A stretch of 64,000 nucleotides of DNA from Gemmatimonadota bacterium. Its GTDB lineage: Bacteria; Gemmatimonadota; Gemmatimonadetes; Palauibacterales; Palauibacteraceae. Shown piece by piece: positions 47,298-57,246 of this stretch (position 1 is the first letter of the stretch; the number at the start of each line of letters is the position of its first letter). Below the pieces are notes generated by a model that was not told where the DNA came from, did not search any database, and was given only the letters and a program-made list of their open reading frames with translations. Location of the stretch: the NCBI GenBank assembly GCA_965116475.1, contig OZ220691.1:928001-992000 (forward strand), in the 5' to 3' direction. The translations under genes were made by a program, and so were the position numbers.

Positions 47298-47884
47298 CGG
47301 TAGTTCTCTAACAGCACCTGTAACTGATCCCGAGCCCGATGGACGCGCATCTTCAACGCGGACACCGAAGCTCCAAGTCTCTCGGCCATCTCTTCGTACG
47401 ACCAGCCCTCGACGTGCTTGAGGACGAAGGCTTCACGCTGCTCGTCGCTCAGCGACTGCAGGGCCCGGTATATCTGCTCCCGTATTTCCGCCCGTTCGGC
47501 GCGGGCCTCGGGGAGACCCCGCGTCGCCGTCAGGGGGCCGGCCGCCTCCAGCGACACCTCCCGCCGTGCCCGCCCCTTCAACTGATCCTTGCACAGGTTG
47601 ACGGCGATCCGAAACAACCAGCCTCCCACCCGTTCCCGGTCACGGCAGCGGTCGAGGCTCCGGAAACCGCGGATGAACGTGCGCTGTACGATATCCGCGG
47701 CGTCGTCCGCGCGCCCGGTCATGCGCTCCGCGTAGCGGTACAGCACATCCTTGTAGCGGCGCACGAGAACCCCGTACGCTTCGCGGTCGCCTTCCAGCAC
47801 GGCGGTCACGACATCCGCGTCGCTCGGTTCATCGTCCGGAACCCGACCCTCCGGCCCGATCCGAAAGATCTTCTCTTCGTGAAT
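47294..47884 (-). CDS. ECF sigma factor (start uncertain: ATT 47884 or GTG 47809)
   Basis: D.ADIVQRTF, WLFRIAVNLCKD, SYEEMAERLG..LKMRVHRAR; frame open to 47908. Confidence 0.88.
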   Translation of the reverse strand: MHEEKIFRIGPEGRVPDDEPSDADVVTAVLEGDREAYGVLVRRYKDVLYRYAERMTGRADDAADIVQRTFIRGFRSLDRCRDRERVGGWLFRIAVNLCKDQLKGRARREVSLEAAGPLTATRGLPEARAERAEIREQIYRALQSLSDEQREAFVLKHVEGWSYEEMAERLGASVSALKMRVHRARDQLQVLLENYR

Positions 47885-48006
47885 AAGACGACCTCTACGG
47901 CTTTGCGGTCACTCGCAGCATCGGCCCGCGATCCAATTCGTTTCGTGCGCTCGGGATCGGCGGTTCCAACTTAGCGGAACGGCGACCCCCCAACTACCTT
48001 GAGGGC

Positions 48007-49134
48007 GTGAACGCCGGGAACGCTGCCCCTCGCGCGCCGGATCTGTTCGATCTCCGCACGCCGGCGCTTGTCCTCGATCTCGATGTCCTGGAGAACAACC
48101 TCCGGGTCATGCAGGAACGCACGGACGCCCTCGGCGTTCGGCTTCGCCCCCACGTGAAGACGCACAAGTGCGTGGAGATCGCCGAACTCCAGCGATCGGG
48201 CGGCGCGTCGGGCATCGCCGTTTCCACGCTCGCGGAGGCCCGCGTCTTCGCGGAGGCGGGCTTCGACGACATCCTGTGGGCCTTTCCGCTCAACCTCTCC
48301 CGGGTCGGCGAGGCGGCCGCGCTCGCCGGGCGCGTCGGGCTGGGTGTGACCGTCGACTCCCTCACGGCCGTCGAGGCCCTCGAAGCCGCGGGCGCCGCCT
48401 TCTCGGTATGGCTCGAAATCGATTGTGGGTACGGGCGTTCGGGCGTCCCGTACGACAGCGGCCGGGTCGTCGAGATCGCGAGGCGGATCGCGCGCGCGGG
48501 CCGGCTCTCGCTGGGCGGCTGCCTGACGCACGCCGGGCACACCTACGGCGCGGATTCGCCCGCCGCCATCGCCGCCCTGGCGGAGGAGGAGCGCCACGCG
48601 ATGGTCGAAGCGGGGGGCGCGCTCCGCGCGGCGGGACTTGAGCCGGGGGTGCTCTCGCTCGGTTCGACGCCGGGGATGAGCCGGGTCGAGACGCTGGAGG
48701 GGGTCGACGAGGCCCGGCCGGGGAACTACGCGCTCTACGACTACACGCAGACGCGGCTGGGATCGTGCACGGTGCGCGACTGCGCCGTCACGGTGCTCGC
48801 GACGGTCGTCTCCGCGCGCGGCGGATCCGGCGGCGGACCCGGCGGGGCGATCGCGGATTGCGGCGCGCTCGCCCTGTCAAAGGATGTGGGGCCGGACGAT
48901 CCGCCTCACTACGGCCGCCTTTTCCGCGACGCCGCCGGAGGAGAGCTGAGCGACCATCGCGTGACGTCGGTGAGCCAGGAGCACGGGCGCCTGTCCGGGC
49001 GGTTCGCCGTCGGCGAGAAGGTCCGCGTGCTTCCGAATCACGCCTGTCTCACGGTTGCGCACTTCGACCACTTCGAGGTCGTGCGGGGGCGGCGCGTGGT
49101 GGACCGCTGGAAGATCCGGCGCACGCGCGACTGA
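48007..49134 (+). CDS. D-serine dehydratase/D-threonine aldolase-like PLP enzyme (fold III)
   Basis: TPALVLD, RPHVKTHK, GRSGV, HAGH, GSTP, RPGNY, SQEHG, PNHAC. Confidence 0.88.
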   Translation: MNAGNAAPRAPDLFDLRTPALVLDLDVLENNLRVMQERTDALGVRLRPHVKTHKCVEIAELQRSGGASGIAVSTLAEARVFAEAGFDDILWAFPLNLSRVGEAAALAGRVGLGVTVDSLTAVEALEAAGAAFSVWLEIDCGYGRSGVPYDSGRVVEIARRIARAGRLSLGGCLTHAGHTYGADSPAAIAALAEEERHAMVEAGGALRAAGLEPGVLSLGSTPGMSRVETLEGVDEARPGNYALYDYTQTRLGSCTVRDCAVTVLATVVSARGGSGGGPGGAIADCGALALSKDVGPDDPPHYGRLFRDAAGGELSDHRVTSVSQEHGRLSGRFAVGEKVRVLPNHACLTVAHFDHFEVVRGRRVVDRWKIRRTRD

Positions 49135-49145
49135 TCCGGCGCCGC

Positions 49146-49166
49146 GCGACACCGCGCCGATGTCGC
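49146..49166. terminator. Hairpin between convergent genes
   Basis: GCGACA-N9-TGTCGC; weak, no U-tract. Confidence 0.3.
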
Positions 49167-49191
49167 TGCGACACGACACCAGGGGGTTCTA

Positions 49192-50232
49192 CTAGGGGGC
49201 TCTGCCGAGGGAGACGAGTTGCGCGAGGATGGAGACGGCGATCTGCGCGGGCGAGCGAGCGCCGATCCGCAGCCCGACCGGACCGTGGATGCGGTCGCAT
49301 GCCGCCTCGTCCAGCCCGCGCGCGAGGAGCGCCTCTCGGCGTTGCCGCTGCGTCCGGCGGCCGCCGAGGAGACCCACGTAGCCGCAGCGGGAGGCAAGCG
49401 CGGTCTCGAGGGCGGGCTCGTCCAGCTTCTCGTCATGCGTGAGGATGACGACGCTCGTGCGAGGGTCGAGATCGAGCGCGGCCATCGCCTCGTCCGGCCA
49501 GCGCGAATCGAGCGACGACGCATCCGAAAACCGCTCCGGCCGCAGGAAGGCTTCCCGCGGATCCACGACCACGACCTCGAAGCCGGTCCGGTGCGCCATG
49601 GCGCACAGCGCATGCCCGATCGGGGTCGCCCCGACGATGACGAGCCGCGGGGGCGGCACGAAGGATTCGACGAAGACGAGGCTGTCCGGATCGCCCTGCA
49701 CGAGTTCGACCACCTGGGCGTCCGACCGGCCGAGCCAATCGTCAACGCGGGAGCGGGCCGCCCGGTCGAGTTCGGCGGATCCGAGCGTCCCGAGCGACCG
49801 GTCCGGTTCGAGCAGGAGTTGCCGCGAGCGCGTGGGCGCCGCCGCGCCGGTGAGGAGGACGCCGGGGGCGCCGGCCTCGTGGAGCTGCCAGAGGCGATGC
49901 CAGACGGGGTCGCCGGGATCGTAGCGGTCGAGGAGGACGTCGATCTCCCCGCCGCAGGAGAGGCCCACGCCCGCGGCCATCTCGTCGGTGATCCCGTACG
50001 TGACGGAGGCCGGCGCGCCGCCGCCCAGCAGCGCGGAGAGCCGTTCGTGCAGGTCGCCTTCCACGCACCCGCTCGAGATCGAGCCGCTCAGCTCACCGGC
50101 GGCCGAGATCGCGAACCGCGCGCCCGGTGGCAGCGGGGCCGAACGGCGCACGGCGATGAGCGTTGCCATGGCGATCGGATCGCCCCGCTCCGCCCAACGC
50201 GCGACGTCCTCGCGCACGGCCCGGAGACTCAT
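49192..50232 (-). CDS. xdhC: XdhC/CoxI family Moco maturation factor
   Basis: SAPLPPGA, GSISSGCVE, GLSCGG, LTHDEKLD, GPVGL.IGA.SP..IAVSI. Confidence 0.88.
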   Translation of the reverse strand: MSLRAVREDVARWAERGDPIAMATLIAVRRSAPLPPGARFAISAAGELSGSISSGCVEGDLHERLSALLGGGAPASVTYGITDEMAAGVGLSCGGEIDVLLDRYDPGDPVWHRLWQLHEAGAPGVLLTGAAAPTRSRQLLLEPDRSLGTLGSAELDRAARSRVDDWLGRSDAQVVELVQGDPDSLVFVESFVPPPRLVIVGATPIGHALCAMAHRTGFEVVVVDPREAFLRPERFSDASSLDSRWPDEAMAALDLDPRTSVVILTHDEKLDEPALETALASRCGYVGLLGGRRTQRQRREALLARGLDEAACDRIHGPVGLRIGARSPAQIAVSILAQLVSLGRAP

Positions 50233-50248
50233 GCCGGCCGCTCCGGAC

Positions 50249-51232
50249 TCAGTCGCCCTGGCGGGCTTCGCGGACCGCCTCGGTGAGCGCGGGCAGCACC
50301 TCGAACGCGTCCCCCACGAGCCCGTAGTCCGCCACTCCGAAGATCGGCGCATCCGCATCGCGGTTGATCGCCACGATGACCTTGGCCGTGCGCATCCCGG
50401 CCAGGTGCTGGATCGCTCCGCTGATCCCGACCGCGAAGTACAGGTTGGGCGACACCGTCTTGCCGGTCTGCCCGACCTGCTCGCCGTGCGGCCGCCAGCC
50501 CGCATCCACCACCGCCCGGCTCGCGCCGAGCGCCGCTTCGTCGCCCAGCGCCTCCACCAGCGCCTCGAGCAGCGGCCAGTGCTCCGGCCCCTGCATCCCG
50601 CGGCCGCCCGACACGATCGTCGTCGCCTCGCTCACGTCGAGGCGGTCGCGATCGCCCTGCTCCAGGGCGGTCGTCCGCGCCCGGCTTTCGAGGCCCTCGA
50701 GATCCAGCCTCGCAACCTCCCCCGCCCCGCCCTCTCCGGCCGGCGCGAAGACGTTGGCGCGGATCGTCATCACGGCCGGACCCGGGGTGAAGCGCAGGGT
50801 CGCGATCGCCTTCCCGGCGTACATGGGCCGACGGACGACGATGGCGCCGTCCTCCCGTCGGCACTCAATGACCTCCGAGGCCACGCTCCGCCCCAGCCGC
50901 GCCCCGACGCGGGGAGCGATGTCCCTCCCCTGAGCGGTGGCCGCGAAGATCACGGCGTCGTAGTCCCCGGCCTCGACGAGCCGGGCGATGGCCGCCGCGG
51001 CGACATCCGGCTGGCACAGGGCGAGCGCCTCCGACTCGCCGATCCAGCTGCGGTCGGCGCCGAACCCGGCGAGTTGCGCCGCCGCCTCCTCCGTTCCGGG
51101 AGGGCCGAGCGCGACGGCGTGCGTCTCTCCCCCGGCATCGGCGGCGATCCGCCGGGCGAGCCCGACCGCTTCCCGCGAGGCCCGACTCACCGCCCCGTCC
51201 CGGATTTCGGCGTACGCCAGCGCCCCGGGCAT
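50249..51232 (-). CDS. etfA: Electron transfer flavoprotein alpha subunit
   Basis: [34 protein letters not shown]. Confidence 0.95.
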   Translation of the reverse strand: MPGALAYAEIRDGAVSRASREAVGLARRIAADAGGETHAVALGPPGTEEAAAQLAGFGADRSWIGESEALALCQPDVAAAAIARLVEAGDYDAVIFAATAQGRDIAPRVGARLGRSVASEVIECRREDGAIVVRRPMYAGKAIATLRFTPGPAVMTIRANVFAPAGEGGAGEVARLDLEGLESRARTTALEQGDRDRLDVSEATTIVSGGRGMQGPEHWPLLEALVEALGDEAALGASRAVVDAGWRPHGEQVGQTGKTVSPNLYFAVGISGAIQHLAGMRTAKVIVAINRDADAPIFGVADYGLVGDAFEVLPALTEAVREARQGD

Positions 51233-51981
51233 CAGAGCACCCCCGCTTCGTCGCGCAACGCCTGCACCAGGTCCGGCACGGCGTCCACCCCCTCTCCGAC
51301 GATCCGGCCCTCGGCCGGCGCTGGCGGTTCGTCGAGGCGGACGAATTCGATGGTCGGCGCCTCGAGCGTCACTTCCCGCTCCTCGAGGGGCTTCCGCTTC
51401 GCCGCCATGATCCCCTTGAGGCTCGGATACCGCGGCTCGTTGAGCCCCTTCTGCGTCGACACGACGGCGGGCAGCGGGAACTCGACGACCTCGTGACCGC
51501 CTTCGACCTCGCGGCGGGCCGTCGCATCCCGTCCCGCGATCTCGAGGCCGACGACGACGGTCGCGCACGGGAGGCCCAGGAACTCGGCCACCATCTGCGG
51601 CACCTGCATGTTGTCGTCGTCGATCGCCTGCTTCCCGAACAGCACGAGGTCGACCTCGCGACCCCGAATCTCATCGGCCAGCGCCCGCGCCACCGAGAGC
51701 GCATCGTGCGAACCCTCGCACACGAGCAGGACGCCCTCATCCGCCCCCATCGCGAGCGCCTGGCGGATCGACTCGGCGGTCTGCGGAGGGCCGAGCGCGA
51801 CGACCGTCACCTTCCCCTCCCCCGCCTCCTCCTTGCGGCGAATCGCATCCTCGAGCGCGAACTCGTCGTACGGGTTCACGACGTACTTGACGCCGGCCGG
51901 GTCCAGTCCCGCGCCGTCGGGCGTCACTCTCACCCGCGTGGCCGAGTCCGGCACGCGTTTCATGCAGACTATCGTATTCAT
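51232..51981 (-). CDS. etfB: Electron transfer flavoprotein beta subunit
   Basis: KRVPD, NPYDEFALE, ALAMGAD, GKQAIDD, LNEPRYPSLKGIMAAK. Confidence 0.95.
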   Translation of the reverse strand: MNTIVCMKRVPDSATRVRVTPDGAGLDPAGVKYVVNPYDEFALEDAIRRKEEAGEGKVTVVALGPPQTAESIRQALAMGADEGVLLVCEGSHDALSVARALADEIRGREVDLVLFGKQAIDDDNMQVPQMVAEFLGLPCATVVVGLEIAGRDATARREVEGGHEVVEFPLPAVVSTQKGLNEPRYPSLKGIMAAKRKPLEEREVTLEAPTIEFVRLDEPPAPAEGRIVGEGVDAVPDLVQALRDEAGVL

Positions 51982-52003
51982 CCGTCTTGTTCTTCGAATG
52001 GAG

Positions 52004-52552
52004 TCAGGCGTTCTGGTAGGTCTCGATCTCGTCGGAAGTCAGTGCGCACACGCGAAACGCGATGAGGTCGATGAGGGCATCGGTCACGTTCTTCTGGCGG
52101 AGGTTCCGCGCCCGCGCGTCCTCCGCGGAGGGCCGCGCCTCGCGCAGGGTCACGAGCCGGGCGGCCAGCCAGTCCAGGAAATCGTGCACGACTTCGCGGT
52201 GTTCGCGGTCGCGGTCCGGCTCGCCGTTCGGAGCCTTCGGAAGGAACGCGTCGATGAGCGCGAGCAGCCCGGGGAAGATCATCTCCGTGAGCTCCTCGTC
52301 GCCGATGAGTTCCTCTTCGGTGATCTCCTCCCAGCTCATCTCGTTCCAGTACAACTCGCACGCTTCCTCGAAGAGATGGCGCCGCACTTCCGGCGACGCC
52401 TTCCTGATGACGATGTCGCCGGGCGAGAGCCGTCGCCCCACGGTTTTCTGCATGCCGCGGATGCGTTCCTGGATGAGGGTGCGGCCGGCCAGAGCGTGGG
52501 CTCGGTCGGGCGTTTCGGCGGCGGCGGGCCGGGCTTGCGTTTCGTTGTTCAC
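52004..52552 (-). CDS. Hypothetical acidic helical protein upstream of etfB
   Basis: ELYWNEMSWEEIT..E..FPG.LA.ID; TTGTTC-N17-CATCTT-N7-GTG(52552) suggests a leaderless start. Confidence 0.65.
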   Translation of the reverse strand: MNNETQARPAAAETPDRAHALAGRTLIQERIRGMQKTVGRRLSPGDIVIRKASPEVRRHLFEEACELYWNEMSWEEITEEELIGDEELTEMIFPGLLALIDAFLPKAPNGEPDRDREHREVVHDFLDWLAARLVTLREARPSAEDARARNLRQKNVTDALIDLIAFRVCALTSDEIETYQNA

Positions 52553-52617
52553 GGAGCCGAAGATGCGACGGCCACGGTGAAGGAACAAGCGCCGGGCCGA
52601 ACGCCGACGGGCGCCGG

Positions 52618-52645
52618 TGCAACGGCCGGCTTCGAGGGCGTGTTA
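52618..52645 (+). promoter_or_regulatory. Candidate ECF promoter (autoregulatory)
   Basis: TGCAAC-N16-GTGTTA, 8 nt before the sigma ATG. Confidence 0.5.
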
Positions 52646-52653
52646 CCCAAGCG

Positions 52654-53319
52654 ATGGGGACGTCTTTGGCGGAGGAAACGCGAACCCGCAGCGGATCGCC
52701 GGGCGACGCGGCCGGTCCCGGTTCCGGACCTGTCGAGCCGCCGGATCCCGGCGCGGACGAGCCCGGACTCGTGGAAGCCGTGCAGGCCGGCGACTCGGAG
52801 GCGTTTTCCCTGTTCGTGACGAGATACACGGACCCGGCCTACGCGGTCGCGCTGTCGATTCTGCGCCACGAGCAGGACGCGGAGGACGCGGTGCAGGCCG
52901 CGTTCATTCGCGCACTCGAGCGGATCGGGCAGTTGCGGCCGGGTAGCCGCTTCGGTCCGTGGTTCTATCGTGTGCTGAGGAGCACGTGTCTGAACCTCCG
53001 GCGGCGCGAGTTGCTGCGGACCCATTCGGAGTTGAAGGACACGGCGGCGTCGCGGGACGATCCGCACCGGGAGTTCGAGCGGAGGTACGCCAGAGAGCGG
53101 GTGCTCGACGCGCTCGCGCAGCTGCCGGAACGACAGCGAACGGCGGTCATGATGTACGACCTCGAAGGATACGACCACGCGGAGATCGCTGCGATCCTCG
53201 GGATCGCGGTCGGGACTTCGAGGGCGAACCTTCATCACGGCAGGCACGCGCTGCGCCGCCTTCTCGGCGAAGCGCCGGCGTCCGGCGCCGGAGGAGCAGA
53301 TGAGGATGAACATGAATAG
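52654..53319 (+). CDS. ECF sigma factor
   Basis: DAEDAVQAAF, WFYRV, LPERQR, YDHAEIAAILG. Confidence 0.9.
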   Translation: MGTSLAEETRTRSGSPGDAAGPGSGPVEPPDPGADEPGLVEAVQAGDSEAFSLFVTRYTDPAYAVALSILRHEQDAEDAVQAAFIRALERIGQLRPGSRFGPWFYRVLRSTCLNLRRRELLRTHSELKDTAASRDDPHREFERRYARERVLDALAQLPERQRTAVMMYDLEGYDHAEIAAILGIAVGTSRANLHHGRHALRRLLGEAPASGAGGADEDEHE

Positions 53320-53716
53320 GAGAGATCGGAGCCGGGACGGCGGGCGCGGGCCCGCGTGGGCGGAGTATCTCGAGCCCCTGCGGCCCGACGAACTCACGCG
53401 CGTGCGTCTGCGCCGGAATGTGATGGCCGCGGCGGAAGCGCTGTTCGACCGGCGGCCCCTCTCCTGGCTCGACGTGACGGCAAGCTGGTCCGCGGCGCTG
53501 GCGCCGCTGGCCGCGGGGCTGCTCGTCGCGGCCGGCGTCCTGCTGTATCGCATCTCCGTGCCGGACGCGCCGGAGTTCGCCGCCGAGCCGGAGACGGCGC
53601 CGGTCGGGCTCGTGCGCTCGCTGGCGCCGGATGCCGAAGCCCCGCCCGCGCTGCTCATCGACCTCGCCGAGCCGAGTCGCGACGCGGTGCTGACCGCCGC
53701 ACTCGTCAATCCGTAG
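53300..53716 (+). CDS. Putative single-TM anti-sigma factor
   Basis: Overlaps the sigma 3' end; central TM segment; start 53300, 53306 or 53312. Confidence 0.6.
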   Translation: MRMNMNRRDRSRDGGRGPAWAEYLEPLRPDELTRVRLRRNVMAAAEALFDRRPLSWLDVTASWSAALAPLAAGLLVAAGVLLYRISVPDAPEFAAEPETAPVGLVRSLAPDAEAPPALLIDLAEPSRDAVLTAALVNP

Positions 53717-53759
53717 CCGGACACGACACGAACTGAAACGCGACACGAACCGGGTGCGT

Positions 53760-54218
53760 ATGGACACTTCGAGATTTCGGGCGATCCTGCTTCTGACGCT
53801 GGTGTTCGCGGCGGGCGCCGCGATCGGCGTGGCGGCAGACCGTCTCGATCTTTTTGCCGACGCAACCGCGGCCGAACCGGCGGCGGAGACCGTGTCTCCC
53901 GAAACGCCGGACCGCGAGAGCGGGTCGCGGGGACGGCAGACGACGATCGAGCAATTCGCCGATGAGCTGGGCCTGACGGCCGACCAGCGGTCGCAGATCG
54001 AGGGCTTCCTCGATCACTACCGCGACGGCATGCGGACGTTGCGCGGGAACTATCGGGCCTTGATGGATTCGGTTCGGACGCAGATCGAGTCGGCGCTGAC
54101 GGAGGAGCAGGGTGAGGACTATCGGGAGTTGCTGCGGCAGCGCTACGGGGGCGGGCGAGAGCGCGGCGGTGAACGGGGATCCCAGGAGCGTGACGACCGG
54201 CAGCGAAACAACGGATAA
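53760..54218 (+). CDS. Periplasmic helical protein, Spy/CpxP/ZraP-like
   Basis: N-terminal TM; two LT.xQ motifs (LGLTADQ, LTEEQ). Confidence 0.65.
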   Translation: MDTSRFRAILLLTLVFAAGAAIGVAADRLDLFADATAAEPAAETVSPETPDRESGSRGRQTTIEQFADELGLTADQRSQIEGFLDHYRDGMRTLRGNYRALMDSVRTQIESALTEEQGEDYRELLRQRYGGGRERGGERGSQERDDRQRNNG

Positions 54219-54269
54219 CCGAGAGACGTCAATCGGCCCCTCGGGGGGCACTCGGGAGCAAGGGAAACG

Positions 54270-55625
54270 ATGATCATTCGACATAGATGTGGGTGCGGAG
54301 ACCGGCCGAGCGCCGGTCTTCGTCGATGGGGGTTCGTCCTGCTGCCGGCGGTTCTGCTCGCGGCGGTTTTGCCCCGGACGGCCGAGGCGCAGGTGCAGGC
54401 GGCGGACAACGTTCGCCAGATCACGGTCGATGAAGCGGTCGAGATCGCGCTGCGCCGCAATCCACGGCTGATCCAGGCCTACTCGACGATCGAGCTGGCC
54501 GAGCACAACCGGCTGAGCGCTTACGGGGCGCTCCTCCCGGGAGTGAACGCCTTTTTCAGCTACTCGAACTCGTCGACCGGCCGTCTCGACGCGCTCAGCC
54601 AGGGGATCGTCGCGACGAGTTACTCCACGCGGCTCCAGGCCAACTACACGCTGTTCGACGGCTGGGGCCGTTTCACGAACCTGAAGAGCGCCCGGCTCGG
54701 CGTGGTCGAGCAGAACGCGCGCTATCGCGAGGCCGAGTTCCAGGTCATTCAGCAGGTGAAGCAGGCCTACGCGGCGGCCGTGGCCACACGCGATCTCGTG
54801 GCCGTGGAAGAACGGCGCGTCCAGCGGCAGGCGGACCAGCTCGAGTTCGTCCGGCAGCAGCTGGAGTTGGGCCGGGCGACACGCTCGGACTCCCTCCGCT
54901 CGCAGGTCGACCTCAACAACGCCCAACTCGCGCTTCTGACCGCGCAGAACGACGCGCGCACGCGGACCTTCGAACTCACGGAGGTCATCGGCTCCGAGAC
55001 CCTCGTGGGGCCGACCGCGGCGGCGGAACTCGCGATGGCCGCGATCCCCTTCACGCGCGACGAACTGTTCGCGATGGCCGATGTGACGGCCCCCGCCCTG
55101 GAGGCGGCCTCCCTGGCCGTCGAAGCCGCCGAGGCGGCGGTGTCCGGTGCGCGCTCCAGCTACCTGCCCACGATCTCGCTCGGCGCCGGCTACGGGTGGG
55201 CGAACCAGGAGTTCCCGCCCTCCAACCGCTCGTGGTCGATAGGGCTCTCCGGCAGCTACCCCCTCTTCAACGGCTTCCAGCGCGAGACGCAGTTGTTCCG
55301 CGCGCGGGCCTCGGCGGACCAGGCCCGGCAAGAGGAGCGGGCGGTGCGGCTGAACCTCAGCTCGCTGCTCGACGCGCGTTACGCGACGGCGCAGTCCGCG
55401 CTCGCCAGGCTGGATCTCGCCGAACGGAACGTCGAACTCAGCGAGGAGAGCCTCCGCGTCGTCCAGGCACGTTATCGAGAGGGGCTCGCCACGATTCTCG
55501 AACTCCAGGACGCGCAGATCACGCTCACGCAGACGGAGGTCGATCTCGTCAGTAGTCGCTTCCAATACGTGGCGGAGGTCGCGGGGATCGAAGCCCTTCT
55601 CGGCCGGAGGCTCGACCAGCCCTGA
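54270..55625 (+). CDS. TolC family outer-membrane efflux protein
   Basis: Two OEP repeats (AL.RNP, LFDG, ARSSYLP, PLFNG, Y..GLAT.LEL.DAQ). Confidence 0.9.
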   Translation: MIIRHRCGCGDRPSAGLRRWGFVLLPAVLLAAVLPRTAEAQVQAADNVRQITVDEAVEIALRRNPRLIQAYSTIELAEHNRLSAYGALLPGVNAFFSYSNSSTGRLDALSQGIVATSYSTRLQANYTLFDGWGRFTNLKSARLGVVEQNARYREAEFQVIQQVKQAYAAAVATRDLVAVEERRVQRQADQLEFVRQQLELGRATRSDSLRSQVDLNNAQLALLTAQNDARTRTFELTEVIGSETLVGPTAAAELAMAAIPFTRDELFAMADVTAPALEAASLAVEAAEAAVSGARSSYLPTISLGAGYGWANQEFPPSNRSWSIGLSGSYPLFNGFQRETQLFRARASADQARQEERAVRLNLSSLLDARYATAQSALARLDLAERNVELSEESLRVVQARYREGLATILELQDAQITLTQTEVDLVSSRFQYVAEVAGIEALLGRRLDQP

Positions 55626-55651
55626 CCGCTCGTACCGTATCGGCTATCCTG

Positions 55652-55679
55652 TTCAACGTCGGACCCGTGCGGGGTGTCC
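55652..55679 (+). promoter_or_regulatory. Second candidate ECF promoter
   Basis: TTCAAC-N16-GTGTCC, same geometry as the 52618 site. Confidence 0.4.
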
Positions 55680-55763
55680 TCTCAGCCGTGCCATGACGGC
55701 GTGGTTTCGCCGACTCCGATAGTCCGGCGACCGGCGATGGACCCGACACGAGACGAGATTCCG

Positions 55764-57236
55764 ATGTCCATATTCGAACGTTGCAGGCGTCGCTCTTCCC
55801 CCCGAGGCGGTCCCCCGGGCCGCGTCACGGTCTTCACGGCGCTCGGACTCGCAGCCGCCGGTTGCGCGACGGGCGAGGCCAACGAACCCGAGCAGACGCT
55901 CCAGACGCTGACCGCGGGACGCCAGACCATCGTGTCCAGCGTGGAGGCGACCGGGACGGTCGAACCGATCCGCGTGATCGAGGTGAAATCGCAGGCGGGC
56001 GGCGAGGTCCTCGAGCTGCCCGTCGAACTCGGGGACAACGTCGAACAGGGGACGCTCCTGGTGCGGATCGACCCGCGCGATGTGAACAACGCGTTCGCCC
56101 AGGCGCAGGCCGACCTCGATGTCGCCGAGGCGCAGAACGATGTCGCGGGGCGCCAGCTCGAGCGGGTCGAGGCGCTGCACGAATCCGACATCGTGACCTC
56201 GGAGGAACTGGAAAACGCGATCCTCTCCGCGGCGAACGCGCGGGCGTCTCTCGTGCGGGCGCAGACGAACCTCGAACTCGCCAGGGACAAGCTGGACGAC
56301 GTGACGCTCCGGGCCCCGATCACCGGCACCGTCGTCGAACGGACGGTGGAGCAGGGGCAGGTCGTGACGGGAACGCGCGACCTCACGGGCGGCACCGTGC
56401 TGATGCGGATGGCCGACCTCACCGAGGTCCAGGTGCGCATGCTCGTCGACGAGACGGACATCGGCCGGCTCCAGCCGGGACTGCCGGCGGACATCACCGT
56501 GGAAGCGTATCCCACCCGGACCTTCCGGGGGTCCGTCCTCAAGATCGAACCGCAGGCCGTCGTCGAGCAGAACGTGACCATGTTCGCCGTGCTCACGCGC
56601 ATATCGAACGAGGAGGATCTGCTGCGGCCCGGGATGAACGCGGACGTCGAGGTCGTGATCGGGCGCCAGGAGGACGTGCTGGCGGTGGCGAACAGCGGGA
56701 TCAAGTCCCAGCAGGAGGCCGTCCAGATCGTCCGGGCTCTCGAGATCGACGCCGATGTCAACGCGTTGCTGCGCGACTTCCAGAGTCAGGATCGGCCGGA
56801 AGGGGCGGCGGAAGGAGATGGACCGGGGGAGGGCGAAGAGGAGCCGATGATCGGCGGGGTTCCGATGTCGGAGTTCCAGTCGATGTCGCAGCAGGAGCGG
56901 ATGCGCGTCATCCAGAACCTGTCCGATGAGGAGCGGCGCCGGATGATGCAGCAGTTCCGCAACCAGGGAGGCGGCGGACCCGGAGGCGCCCGGGGCGGCC
57001 CGGCGCGGCGGCCGGACGAGCCGCGCCCGGCGTTCGTGTTCCGGTACGATGCGAGCGGCCTGCTCGATCTGAAGCCGGTCATGATCGGCCTCAGCGACTT
57101 CGACCACACGCAGATCATCCGCGGGCTGGAGGAAGGCGAGGAGATCGTCGCCGTCCCCACCTCCCTCATCGCGCAGCAGGAGTTCCTGGACCGGATCCGC
57201 AGCCGCACGTCGCTGCCGGGCATCGGCGGAAGGTGA
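55764..57236 (+). CDS. MacA-like periplasmic adaptor (MFP) lipoprotein
   Basis: Lipobox AAGC; lipoyl-like halves, hairpin, LRAPITG, VDETDIG, LRPGM. Confidence 0.88.
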   Translation: MSIFERCRRRSSPRGGPPGRVTVFTALGLAAAGCATGEANEPEQTLQTLTAGRQTIVSSVEATGTVEPIRVIEVKSQAGGEVLELPVELGDNVEQGTLLVRIDPRDVNNAFAQAQADLDVAEAQNDVAGRQLERVEALHESDIVTSEELENAILSAANARASLVRAQTNLELARDKLDDVTLRAPITGTVVERTVEQGQVVTGTRDLTGGTVLMRMADLTEVQVRMLVDETDIGRLQPGLPADITVEAYPTRTFRGSVLKIEPQAVVEQNVTMFAVLTRISNEEDLLRPGMNADVEVVIGRQEDVLAVANSGIKSQQEAVQIVRALEIDADVNALLRDFQSQDRPEGAAEGDGPGEGEEEPMIGGVPMSEFQSMSQQERMRVIQNLSDEERRRMMQQFRNQGGGGPGGARGGPARRPDEPRPAFVFRYDASGLLDLKPVMIGLSDFDHTQIIRGLEEGEEIVAVPTSLIAQQEFLDRIRSRTSLPGIGGR

Positions 57237-57246
57237 TGACGGTCCG

